Shown here piece by piece: positions 1 through 8,750 of a DNA stretch of 64,000 bases. Source of the stretch: an uncultured Candidatus Rokubacteria bacterium. GTDB taxonomy: Bacteria; Methylomirabilota; Methylomirabilia; Rokubacteriales; DASRDR01. Numbering within the stretch: position 1 is the stretch's first letter; the number at the start of each line of letters is the position of its first letter. Below the pieces are notes generated by a model, which was not told where the DNA came from, did no database searches, and saw only the letters and a program-made list of their open reading frames with translations. Location of the stretch: NCBI GenBank assembly GCA_963805625.1, contig CAWDVE010000010.1:1952001-2016000 (forward strand), given 5' to 3'. The position numbers and the translations under genes were made by a program.

Positions 1-373
1 TCGGCGCGAGGGAAGGCCGTGAGCGGTCTTCCGGCCAGATCTGAGCGAGCGCACGTGTGGTCGCAGCTCGTAAGAGCTCACGGACCTCCTTCGTTTCGGG
101 ACCATAGTGAGCCAGGATGCGGTCGAGTACTACGATCCCGGCAGACATCTGGACCAACTCGCTCTTTTGTGTGTCGTACGAGCCCTTCGCCGAGGCAACC
201 ATGAGACCGAGAACCAGCGCGGTCAACGCTCCGACCAGGCCCATCCCGACTTTCACGAGGTCCTTGGAGTCCGCACTCAAGTGATCCTCGGGAAGGAACG
301 CGCGAAGCACCATGCCGAGGAACGCGCCTCCGAGGATGCAGGCGAACGCCCAAAGACTGGCCCAGAGTGGCAT
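1..373 (-). CDS. DUF4239/bestrophin-like membrane protein, 5' part (runs off window start)
   Basis: Not in ORF track. My translation from ATG at 373 (AGGAGG RBS upstream): MPLWASLWAFACILGGAFLGMVLRAFLPEDHLSADSKDLVKVGMGLVGALTALVLGLMVASAKGSYDTQKSEL..., open to base 1. Confidence 0.75.
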   Translation of the reverse strand, partial: MPLWASLWAFACILGGAFLGMVLRAFLPEDHLSADSKDLVKVGMGLVGALTALVLGLMVASAKGSYDTQKSELVQMSAGIVVLDRILAHYGPETKEVRELLRAATTRALAQIWPEDRSRPSLAP

Positions 374-468
374 CACGTGAGGTCCTCCTTGTCCCGTTCG
401 CTCGCGTGATGAAGCGCGACTTCCATCGAACCGAGCGACTTTGAGCCCGAACTTAATTTTGCTCCCGG

Positions 469-1512
469 CTACCCGGCCACTCTTCGGCCGGGCTCGAACT
501 TAGCGACCATGTGTTGCAGGAAGAGCAGCGAGCCGTCGTTGACGCGCGGCAGCCCGGCGCCGAAGCGGCCGGCAAAACCTTGCTTGTCGTGCTCCCGCTC
601 GATCTCCTTCTGCTGCTTCCAGTCCACGCCGAAGGGCGGGTTGGTGAGGAAGTAATCGAAGGTCTCGCCCGCGAACTGGTCCTCGGTGAAGCTGTCGCCG
701 AAGCGGATGTTGTTGCCGCCTCCGTTGTGGTCGACCTGCTTCATCAGCATGTCGGACGCGGCGGTGGCGAAGGCGCGCTTGTTGTAGTCCTGGCCGTAGA
801 CGTAGAGCCGCGCGGCGCCGTGGTGGTCGCGCAGGTAGTTCTGGGCCTCGGCCAGCATGCCACCGGTACCGCAGGCCGGGTCGAGGAGCTTCCGCACGGT
901 CCCGGGCGTGGCGAGCAGCTTGTCGTCCTGGATGAAGAGAATGCTCACCATCAGCCGGATGACCTCGCGCGGCGTGAAGTGGTCGCCCGCGGTTTCGTTC
1001 GCCAGCTCGTTAAAGCGGCGGATGAGGTTCTCGAAGATGAGGCCCATGTGCTCGTTCGGCACCGCGTTCGGGTGCAGGTCGACGTCGCAGAACTTCGAGA
1101 CCACGAGGTAGAGGATGTTGGCCTCGCGCATCTTCTCGATCTCCGTCTCAAACTCGAAGTACTCGAAGATGCGGCGGACATTGGCCGAGAAGCCCTTGAT
1201 GTAGCTGACGAGGTGCTGGGCGATGTGGTCGGGGTCGCCCTTGAGCTTCTCGAAGTCGAGCGGCGAGTGGCTGTGGAATCGCTGGCCGGACGCCTTGTTG
1301 AGCCGCGCGTCCAGCGCATCGCCCTTGAACCTGTCTTTCGAGCGCTCGTACTCGGCCAACACTTTGGCCTTGGTGGAGGCGAGCACGCAGTCGAAGCGGC
1401 GGAGCACGGTCATGGGCAGCATGACGCGCTCGTACTGCGGCGGGCGGTACGGCCCGCGCAGCAGGTCGGCGATCTGCCAGATCAGGTTACCGAAGTAGCT
1501 ATGATCAGGCAT
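469..1512 (-). pseudogene. hsdM: Type I restriction-modification methyltransferase subunit M, C-terminally truncated (~347 aa)
   Basis: IWQIADLLRG N-terminus, GDHFTPREVI, DPACGTGGML (motif I), NPPFG (motif IV). Stops abruptly after FLQHMVAKFEP. No hsdS/hsdR nearby. AGGAG RBS before ATG 1512. Confidence 0.85.
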
Positions 1513-1644
1513 TATCTCCTCGCTACCCTTGTCTGCGCGGCTGGCCCGCCCTGCGCAGACTGATGATATGCCGCGGCGCGCCACTCAGGGCATACTAGTC
1601 CAAACTCGAAGATGCCCTCCGGAGGATCGACTGGACCCGCCGGA

Positions 1645-1669
1645 GTGGCAACAAGCCGTGGCAACAAGC
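1645..1669 (+). repeat. Tandem GTGGCAACAAGC x2 (13-bp period), integrase arm-type-like sites
   Basis: Copies at 1645-1656 and 1658-1669. Inverted partner GTTGCCAC x2 at 23343 and 23356 has the same period. Confidence 0.6.
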
Positions 1670-1714
1670 GGATGAGCGGAGCGGTCGATGATGCGGAAAC
1701 CCGCGTCAGAACGG

Positions 1715-1749
1715 TGGTGGCTCCAACGGGATTCGAGCGCCTTTGTACA
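1715..1749. repeat. Left att junction: tRNA-Glu 3' end with CCA (minus strand) + 12-bp attP arm
   Basis: GTGGCTCCAACGGGATTCGA (1717-1736) is identical to 23261-23280. CGCCTTTGTACA (1738-1749) is the reverse complement of TGTACAAAGGCG (23246-23257). Confidence 0.85.
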
Positions 1750-1813
1750 CTGAGCTTCCGCGGGATTCTACCGTGACCAGGGACCCCCGGATACCGTCCA
1801 CCCTCCCGGACGC

Positions 1814-1927
1814 CGGACAAACGGCCAGTTTCGTCGAACACAATCGCTCTCGGCTGGCTAGCCTATGCCTATGTAGCCTGACGGTGGTCAGACGCCGTTC
1901 TAGTCCTCCGAAGTGGCCATTTGTCCG
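1814..1927. repeat. 114-bp unit with 17-bp imperfect terminal inverted repeats (copy 1)
   Basis: CGGACAAACGGCCAGTT ... AAGTGGCCATTTGTCCG (15/17 complementary). Related copies at 4044-4157, 49261-49363, and a half copy at 8695-8711. Confidence 0.7.
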
Positions 1928-2384
1928 AGACGCGCGCGGCGCGATGCCTCCTCATTCACGCTGAGGTTCCCAGATCAGACCGATCACCGGCGGGTGGCCG
2001 CGCGCAATGACCTCGGTCGAGGACCCACTCGCGGTGCGCCAGCTCCCCTCTTCCAACGGTTAGCCCAGCCGCTCGGGCCGCCCGGTTCGCCGGGCGGTGC
2101 CGTCGCCATGGCCACCCGACCTCTCCCGACTCATCTGCAGGAGTGGACCCAGGGCTCTCGGTCTGTAGCGGTGGATGGCCAGCCGCGTCTCCTTGCCCGT
2201 CGCCTAAGGCCGTCCTCTTCCGGGGCGCGACGCGTACCTCCCGGCGGTGCCGTCCTTGACACCGCCCGCGGTGGCCATGCAGCATCGAGGTCGAGTGCGG
2301 TAGGGCTGCCTTCGTCCCCCGGCCCCCTGGGGAACGCGGTAAGGGCCATGAGACTTCCCACTTCGTGGCTGACGGAGGGAAACG

Positions 2385-3770
2385 ATGAGCGACGAAGCCA
2401 CCAAGACATTCGAGCAGAGTCTTCGCGGGCGATTGGTCCGCCCCAGCCATCCTGACTACGACGACGTACGCAAGCTCTACAACGGCATGATCGACAAGCG
2501 GCCGCGGCTGATCGCGCGGTGCGTCAACGTGGCCGATGTGATGACCGCCGTGAATTTCGGCCGCGACAACAGCCTACTCATCGCCATACGTGGTGGAGCT
2601 CATAATGGGCCGGGACTCGCGACCGTTGACGATGGTCTGGTTATCGATCTGTCGCTCATGAAGGGCGTGCGCGTGGATCCCGAGAAACGCACCGTGCGTG
2701 TGGAATCAGGTTGCACGTCAGGCGATGTCGATCACGCCACCCATCCGTTCAGGCTGGCCGTCCCCTTCGGGATTGTGTCCACGACCGGCGTGCCTGGGCT
2801 GACGCTTGGCGGCGGAACGGGCTATCTCACACGCCAACATGGGCTCACCATTGACAATCTTTTGGAAGCCGACGTTGTGCTAGCGGATGGCCGATTCGTG
2901 ACCGCAAGCCAGACCCAGAACCCCGACCTCTTTTGGGCCCTCCGCGGAGGAGGCGGCAATTTCGGCGTGGTCACGAGCTTCCTGTTCAAGGCACACCCGG
3001 TGAGCCAAGTCTATGCTGGGCCGATCTTCTGGGACGCCGCGCACGCGCGCGTGATCATGCGGGCGTATCGAGACTTCCTGCCGAACGCGCCGGAGGAGCT
3101 CGGGGCGTTTGTGGGTCTCAAGACCTTTCCGTCAACCGACCCGTTCCCGCGCGACCATTGGGGCAAGCGAGCCTGCGCCGTCATCTCCAGCTACAATGGC
3201 GCCGCGGAGGACGGTGAAAAGGCGATCTCGCCGCTCCTGAAGGCCTTGCCAGCGCCGGTGTTCAATTGGATGGGCGCGATGCCGTTCCCGGCGATCCAGC
3301 GGCTATTTGACCCGTTCTTCCCGAAAGGCCTGCAGTGGTACTGGAAGGGCGACTTCGTTAAATCGCTACCCGACGAGGCGATCGACACTCACATCGCCCA
3401 GGCTGCGAAGGCGCCGAGTGAACTGTCGCTGATGCACCTTTACCCCATCGATGGTGCAGTCCATCGCGTGGGGAAGGACGCGACGGCGTGGGGAGCACGC
3501 GACGCGACCTGGTCGATGGTGATCGCCGGGATTGACGCCGATCCGAAGAAAGCGGGAGATCTGAAGCAGTGGGCCAGGGGCTATTGGGAAGCCGTGCATC
3601 CCTACAACCTCGAAGGCGCCTACGTGAATTTCATGATGGACGACGAGGGCGACGCCCGCATCAGGGCGACGTATGGCGACAACTACAAGCGGCTCGCCGC
3701 GATCAAACGCAAATATGACCCGAAGAACGTGTTTCGCGTCAACCAGAACGTCAAGCCTGCATCCAGCTAG
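2385..3770 (+). CDS. FAD-binding oxidoreductase (FAD_binding_4 + berberine-bridge-like C-terminus)
   Basis: IRGGAHNG, GLTLGGG, DLFWALRGGGGNFGVVT, YVNF, KRKYDPKNVFRVNQN. GGAGG RBS. Confidence 0.93.
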   Translation: MSDEATKTFEQSLRGRLVRPSHPDYDDVRKLYNGMIDKRPRLIARCVNVADVMTAVNFGRDNSLLIAIRGGAHNGPGLATVDDGLVIDLSLMKGVRVDPEKRTVRVESGCTSGDVDHATHPFRLAVPFGIVSTTGVPGLTLGGGTGYLTRQHGLTIDNLLEADVVLADGRFVTASQTQNPDLFWALRGGGGNFGVVTSFLFKAHPVSQVYAGPIFWDAAHARVIMRAYRDFLPNAPEELGAFVGLKTFPSTDPFPRDHWGKRACAVISSYNGAAEDGEKAISPLLKALPAPVFNWMGAMPFPAIQRLFDPFFPKGLQWYWKGDFVKSLPDEAIDTHIAQAAKAPSELSLMHLYPIDGAVHRVGKDATAWGARDATWSMVIAGIDADPKKAGDLKQWARGYWEAVHPYNLEGAYVNFMMDDEGDARIRATYGDNYKRLAAIKRKYDPKNVFRVNQNVKPASS

Positions 3771-3944
3771 CTCATCTCCTGGGACGTGAGACTTGAACTG
3801 TCGATACTGCCATGATCGCCTTTCTGGTTTGTGGCCTAGTGACGCCTCCGGCAGAAGGCCTCGACCCGATGAACGAGAATGCCATCTCCATCTTCCCGAC
3901 AGGTCGTGGGCGTCTAGCGCCGAGCGGGCTGCGCCATCCTCGCC

Positions 3945-4165
3945 TCGCCTTCTGAGTTTCCGCGGGGTTCTATCGTACCCGAGACGGGCCGGGCCTTGCT
4001 CGCGCGCTGCCAGACCAGCCGCGTGTCCCCGGCTCGCGGACCCCGGGCAAACGGCCAGTTCCGTTGGCTACGACCGCATCTGGCTGGCTCGCCTATGCCC
4101 ATATAGTCGGGCTGTCGTCAGCCGCCGTTCCAGGCTGCCGAAGTGGTCATTGATCCGAAACGCGC
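3945..4165 (+). repeat. Diverged direct copy of the element's left-end region (1738-1935), including 114-bp IR unit copy 2 (4044-4157)
   Basis: TGAGTTTCCGCGGGGTTCTA vs TGAGCTTCCGCGGGATTCTA. Both regions share CAAACGGCCAGTT, GGCTGGCTnGCCTATGCC and CCGAAGTGG. Confidence 0.7.
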
Positions 4166-4428
4166 TGCCCGGCGGCCCGCGCTCAACTGGCCAGCCGCGA
4201 TCAACGAGCCGGCCATTTGACCAGACGTGTGTACGGTCCCGCTCGGCCCGCAGCTCCCCGCCGCCTGATTCGGCGCTGCTCCCAGGCTCCACGGCGCCGA
4301 CCGACCTCCCAATGCGGTTGCCGACCTGGACGGCCGCACGCTACCCCCGGGGGTACCGGGCCTATGGGCCACGGGGGCGGGGGAAAGGACCGAACCGGCC
4401 TTCCGTCGCAGCCTGATTGGGATTCGAC

Positions 4429-4703
4429 ATGGCTCCGACTGAACTGTATCTGGTCCGCCACGCCATCGCGGCCGAGCGCGGGGACGAGTGGCCCGACGAC
4501 ACGAAACGCCCACTGACCAAGCGGGGCATCAGCCGCTTCCGGGAATGCGTGACGGGCCTGCGCGAACTGGAAGCAGCAGCCGGGCGATGCCGTTCAAGAA
4601 GGGCGGTGTCTGCCGTGTTGACATCGAGAGCCTCAGGTCGAGGAGCGCCGGAACGTTGATCTGGTTCGTCGGACCGAAGGTACTCCGCGAGCTTGGTTCG
4701 TAG
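4429..4703 (+). pseudogene. sixA: SixA-type phosphohistidine phosphatase with internal deletion and frameshift
   Basis: N-terminal LYLVRHAIA...DDTKRPLT..G in one frame and C-terminal FKKGGVCRVD...LIWF in another. Central portion missing. Confidence 0.75.
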
Positions 4704-5231
4704 ATCGCCCGCATCTAGGAACACCAACCCTGGGACACCTAACCTTGAACGGTGAATCTTGCAGGCCCGAGAGTCATCCGAGGCCCGCTCTAGTCGCGGT
4801 GATTAGCGCACCCTCGTGGTCTGTTCCAGCCGCCCTCCGAGGGGCGTTGGTGATGGGTCACCTGGGGACGCGGGGGAAGCGTGATGACAATGGTTTCCAT
4901 GTCCATCACCGTTCTCCGAATCGCCGATTGGGGTTAGGATTCCCACACCACGACGCACTGGCTCTCCAAGAACGCCCGTGACAAATAGGCGACCTGCTCC
5001 ACCGGATGCCGGTTCGCGACCGTCCGTCGGAAGAGCTCTATCTGTACGCGCCGCCTTGCCCGTGCGCGGACCGGTCGATCCACCTCGGCCTCAATAGCAC
5101 TGACGATCGTCTCCGCGACATTTCGCCAGCCCTCCGCCGTCAGACCCCTCGCCCCGCGCTCACGCACGGATCGTCTCACTCGATGCTCAACCGTCTCCTC
5201 ATCCCCCCTCTCCTCCAGGGGTGCGCGTTCG

Positions 5232-6717
5232 TTGCCGCTCATCGTGGTCACGAACCGCGAACTTCGCGATCTGACCGAGGACGCCCTCGAAGCGGTGCGA
5301 CGCGCCAACGAGCCCCCCACCCTGTTCCAGCGGGGCGGAGCCCTGACCCGGCTCCGGCACAGTGAGCACGACGTCCCGTTCTTGGAGGTGCTGTCGGAGT
5401 CGGCGGTGCGCGGACTGATGGCGCGAACGGCGGACTGGCGCCGGATCACGGAGCAGGGCCAACTCGTCCCAGTGGCGCCACCGATGCCCGTGGTCAAGGA
5501 CGTGCTCGCGCTCCCCGAGTGGCAGGACATCCCGATCCTGCAAGGGATCGTGGAGGCGCCCACATTCAGTCGCGATGGCACGTTGCTCACGCAGCCAGGT
5601 TATGACGCCGAGGGCCGTCTCTGGTTCCACGCCGGCCCTGGGCTGACGATCCCCGCGGTGCCGGAACACCCGTCGCCGGAACACGTGGGCGCGGCACGAG
5701 GCCTGCTCCTTGACGAGCTCCTTGGCGACTTCCCCTTCGCCGATGAGGCCGCGCGCGCTCATGCCCTCGCGGCGATGCTCCTGCCCTTCGCGCGAGAGCT
5801 TTGCGGGGATCGCACACCGTTGCACTTGATCGACGCCCCCACGCCAGGCACCGGGAAGGGGCTTCTCGCGGACATGCTCACGATCCCTGCGACGGGCCGG
5901 AGCGCCGAGATCATGGCGGAGGGGCGCGATGATGAGGAGTGGCGGAAGCGCATCACGGCCATCCTGATCAGAGCACCAGGCTTCATCCTGGTCGACAATA
6001 TCCGCCGCCGCATCGACTCGTCGGCCCTCGCGGCGGTGCTGACGGCCGGACACTGGACTGACCGGCTGCTCGGTCACTCGCAGACGGTCACGCTCCCGGT
6101 TCGCGCCGTCTGGCTGGCCACCGGGAACAATGTCGGTCTCTCGAATGAGATGGCACGCCGCTCGGTGTGGATCCGACTGGATGCCCGCCGCGATACCCCG
6201 TGGACGCGGACGGACTTTCGGCATCCCCAGCTCGGCGCATGGGCACTGGAGCACCGCGGTCGGCTGATTCACGCCTGCTTGACGCTCATCCAGGCATGGC
6301 TCGCCGCGGGACGGCCCGCCGGCGCCGCCACCCTCGGGTCGTTCGAGACATGGGCCACGACCATCGGCGGCATCTTGGGCGTGGCGGGCGTGCCGGGCTT
6401 CCTCGGCAACGCGCACGCGCTCTATGCCCAGGCGGACGAAGAGGTCCAGATGTGGCGCGCGTTCGTCCTCGCCTGGTGGGACACGCATCGCCAGCAGGAG
6501 GTGGGCACCGAGGAGCTGTACAAGCTCGCCATCGAAGAGACCCTGTTGGCGGAGGTGCTCGGGGACGGAGGCGAGCGGTCGCAGCGGACGAAGCTTGGGA
6601 AGGCGCTCGGGCGGATGCGGGAACCGAATCATTGGCACCTACCGCATCGTGAGCGAACACGAGGATGGCAAGGGCCGGCGGCTCTACCGTCTGGAGCCCA
6701 CGGAGCTGCCGACGTGA
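5232..6717 (+). pseudogene. Primase-associated P-loop ATPase/helicase of mobile elements; frameshift near 6620, N-terminus probably decayed
   Basis: Walker A DAPTPGTGKG, LVDNI, WLATGNN, RRSVWIRLD. The natural C-terminus (NRIIGTYRI...RLYRLEPTELPT*) is in another frame and ends at 6717. Confidence 0.65.
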
Positions 6718-6976
6718 GGCAGACGTGCGGCAGACGTGTCGCGTCCACGTCTGCACGCAGGAAGCGCTGTCAGGACGCGGACTTACAGTCCAAAGGCAGA
6801 CGTTGCCGACGTTTTCCGGTCCTCCCCTCCCGTACAGCAGAATCCTGAGAAGCGAAAACTACAGTTTGGGCCCGGAAAACGTCTGCCCACGTCTGCTATG
6901 ACGCGGAACCTTGCGGAACATCGTGCGTATTTCCCGCCGACGTGTGTGCCGACGTGGTGCCGACGTGGCAGACGTG
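6708..6976. repeat. Iteron-like cluster, 12 copies of GC(A/C)GACGT(G/T), putative replication origin
   Basis: Forward at 6708, 6719, 6730, 6796, 6805, 6936, 6948, 6959, 6968. Reverse at 6746, 6878, 6888. Confidence 0.75.
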
Positions 6977-7043
6977 GCGCCTCGCCCACGTGCTCTTTTC
7001 CCCAGCCGGGCGCGACGGCGCCCGCAGCGAGAAGGACAGTCAC

Positions 7044-7586
7044 ATGACCTACGACGAGACGACCCAGAACCCCCAGCCGGACACGAGTTCCTCCGGTACT
7101 GCTGCCTCCCGCCGCCCGCAGGGCTCGAGGGTCTCCAGGCGGGCTACACGGGCACTCGCCACAACCCCCGGGAATGCCCCGACATGCAGCGCAGTCAACC
7201 GCCATGGAAGGGCCTGTAGCGCCACGCCGACGCTCGCCTCCGGCGGCAAGTTCTGCTGGACCCACGATCCCGCGGTGCCTCGCGACGAGAAGCTCGCCGC
7301 GGCCCTTCGCGGGGGCTACGCCGCCACGCGGCAGACAGTGCTTCCAGTTGACGCGCTCCCGGCGCCGCTCCGCACCCCTGAGGACGCCACGGCGTTGATC
7401 GAAACCACGGTGCATCAGGTGCGCACGGGGCAGATCGCCCCGACCGTGGCGAACAGTATTGGCTATCTGATCAGTGTGGCCCTCAGGAGCTTCGAGTTGG
7501 ATATCATGCGTCGCCTGGACGAGCTGGAGCGCGCCCGGGCCACTCACGCGAAGCCCGTGCGGATCGCCAGCGAGCTCCCGCGATGA
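7044..7586 (+). CDS. Mobile-element protein with C-x9-C...FCxxHDP zinc motif (DUF5763-like; possibly small-terminase-like)
   Basis: CSAVNRHGRAC...KFCWTHDP, then helical LRTPEDATALIETTVHQVRTGQIAPTVANSIGYL. AAGGA upstream of ATG 7044. Confidence 0.6.
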   Translation: MTYDETTQNPQPDTSSSGTAASRRPQGSRVSRRATRALATTPGNAPTCSAVNRHGRACSATPTLASGGKFCWTHDPAVPRDEKLAAALRGGYAATRQTVLPVDALPAPLRTPEDATALIETTVHQVRTGQIAPTVANSIGYLISVALRSFELDIMRRLDELERARATHAKPVRIASELPR

Positions 7587-7825
7587 GTCGGCACCTCCGA
7601 GCCCGCCTCGCCAAGCTGGCCCAGGATCTCGACGACGAACCGAAGGTCGTTCTGGTGTTCCAACCGTGGGCGCTTCCGCAGCCTGCGCCAACTCCCGAGA
7701 CGCCCGCGACCTCGCCAGGCCCCTCCCCGCCCGAGCCGCGGGCCGAGGAACCCGACTCGCGGTGCCCGACGTGTGGGGCTGAGCGCAATCGCTGCACCAC
7801 GTCCGAGACGAGGGAGGCCCAGTGA
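7583..7825 (+). CDS. Small hypothetical protein
   Basis: ATGA overlap with upstream gene and GTGA overlap with downstream gene. CPTC motif. Confidence 0.45.
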   Translation: MSRHLRARLAKLAQDLDDEPKVVLVFQPWALPQPAPTPETPATSPGPSPPEPRAEEPDSRCPTCGAERNRCTTSETREAQ

Positions 7826-8262
7826 CCAGTACCGACACCTTCTACCGCGTCAGCGGCACCTCTCCACCGGGCGAGGATCGCGTTGCGCTTGACAGCGGCC
7901 GTGCATCCGAGTCGCCGCCACTACCGCCTGAGTTCGTCGAAGACCTCGCCCAACTCCTCGCCGACGCGCTCATCGCCGACATCCGCCACTATCCGAAGCT
8001 CGCGGAACTCAAGGCGAAGTGTGAGTCTACGGTCGAATCCCCCTCGGGATTGAACCGTAACGTGGCGTGTCCAGCGGCAAGGACGACGATCGCAGCCCCA
8101 GGTGTCGACGACCCGGCCGCGGTTCGGACCAGAAGACCCGCGCGGGAGTCATCGCGATCGACCCCCCACCCGGCCTCGCGGAACCCCCACCCAAGAAAAA
8201 CGCGCGATTCAGGCACGCCTCGGATGGTCGTCCGCCACAGCGTCGAAAATTCAGGAGTTTAG
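7822..8262 (+). CDS. Hypothetical protein
   Basis: GGGAGG RBS, coupled to upstream ORF, helical segment EFVEDLAQLLADALIADI. Confidence 0.45.
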   Translation: MTSTDTFYRVSGTSPPGEDRVALDSGRASESPPLPPEFVEDLAQLLADALIADIRHYPKLAELKAKCESTVESPSGLNRNVACPAARTTIAAPGVDDPAAVRTRRPARESSRSTPHPASRNPHPRKTRDSGTPRMVVRHSVENSGV

Positions 8263-8271
8263 GAGACGATC

Positions 8272-8637
8272 ATGACAAGCGAACACGTCGCCGCGCGCAA
8301 GCACGTGCAAGACCTGGCCCGACCAATGCGGTTCCGCATCGCCTACGATACCGAGGGCTTCCCCGTAATTCCCGCACGCCACGGCCGTGTCGAGTGGTTC
8401 GAGGGGCGTAACCTCGCCGTCTACTGTGATCGTCCGCGCCTCTTTGCGAAGCTCTGGGCGATCCCCGGAGTCCGGCGCCACCAGACCGGTGACCAGGAGA
8501 TGCGGGCGGTCTTCCCGGCCGAGGCGCTCGATCAGGTGGCCGGGGTCATCCGGGCCCGGCGGCAACGCTGCCTGGCCCCGGAGACCGCCCGTAGGCGGTC
8601 AGGACTTGCCACAGTCAGGACGACTTCCGGCGGCTAG
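8272..8637 (+). CDS. Hypothetical protein of the mobile element
   Basis: AGGAG RBS, globular-looking sequence (DTEGFPVIPARHGRVEW...RHQTGDQEMRAVF). C-terminal remnant of a homolog at ~49190-49288. Confidence 0.65.
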   Translation: MTSEHVAARKHVQDLARPMRFRIAYDTEGFPVIPARHGRVEWFEGRNLAVYCDRPRLFAKLWAIPGVRRHQTGDQEMRAVFPAEALDQVAGVIRARRQRCLAPETARRRSGLATVRTTSGG

Positions 8638-8694
8638 GATCGCATTTCAGACTCCGGCAAGGTATCGGGGTAGGTCCTCGAAGGGCAGGCGCGA

Positions 8695-8726
8695 AAGTGG
8701 CCGGTTGTCCGTGCTACCCTGGCCGC
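8695..8726 (+). promoter_or_regulatory. Conserved 32-bp leader: IR half-site + extended -10-like TGCTACCCT
   Basis: Identical to 49347-49378. Both copies precede an M-x-CPRCQH zinc-ribbon start. Confidence 0.55.
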
Positions 8727-8750
8727 GCTCCGACACGGGAGGGCCCCGGT

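Noticed and set aside
107-409. 100-aa plus-strand ORF
   Set aside because: Antisense shadow of the minus-strand DUF4239-like gene starting at 373.
4745-5231. Primase N-terminal domain upstream of the ATPase
   Set aside because: Only scattered Cys/His hints across broken frames, not enough to assign.
6708-6976. CRISPR array
   Set aside because: Repeats are 9 bp, in both orientations, without unique 30-40 bp spacers. No cas genes.
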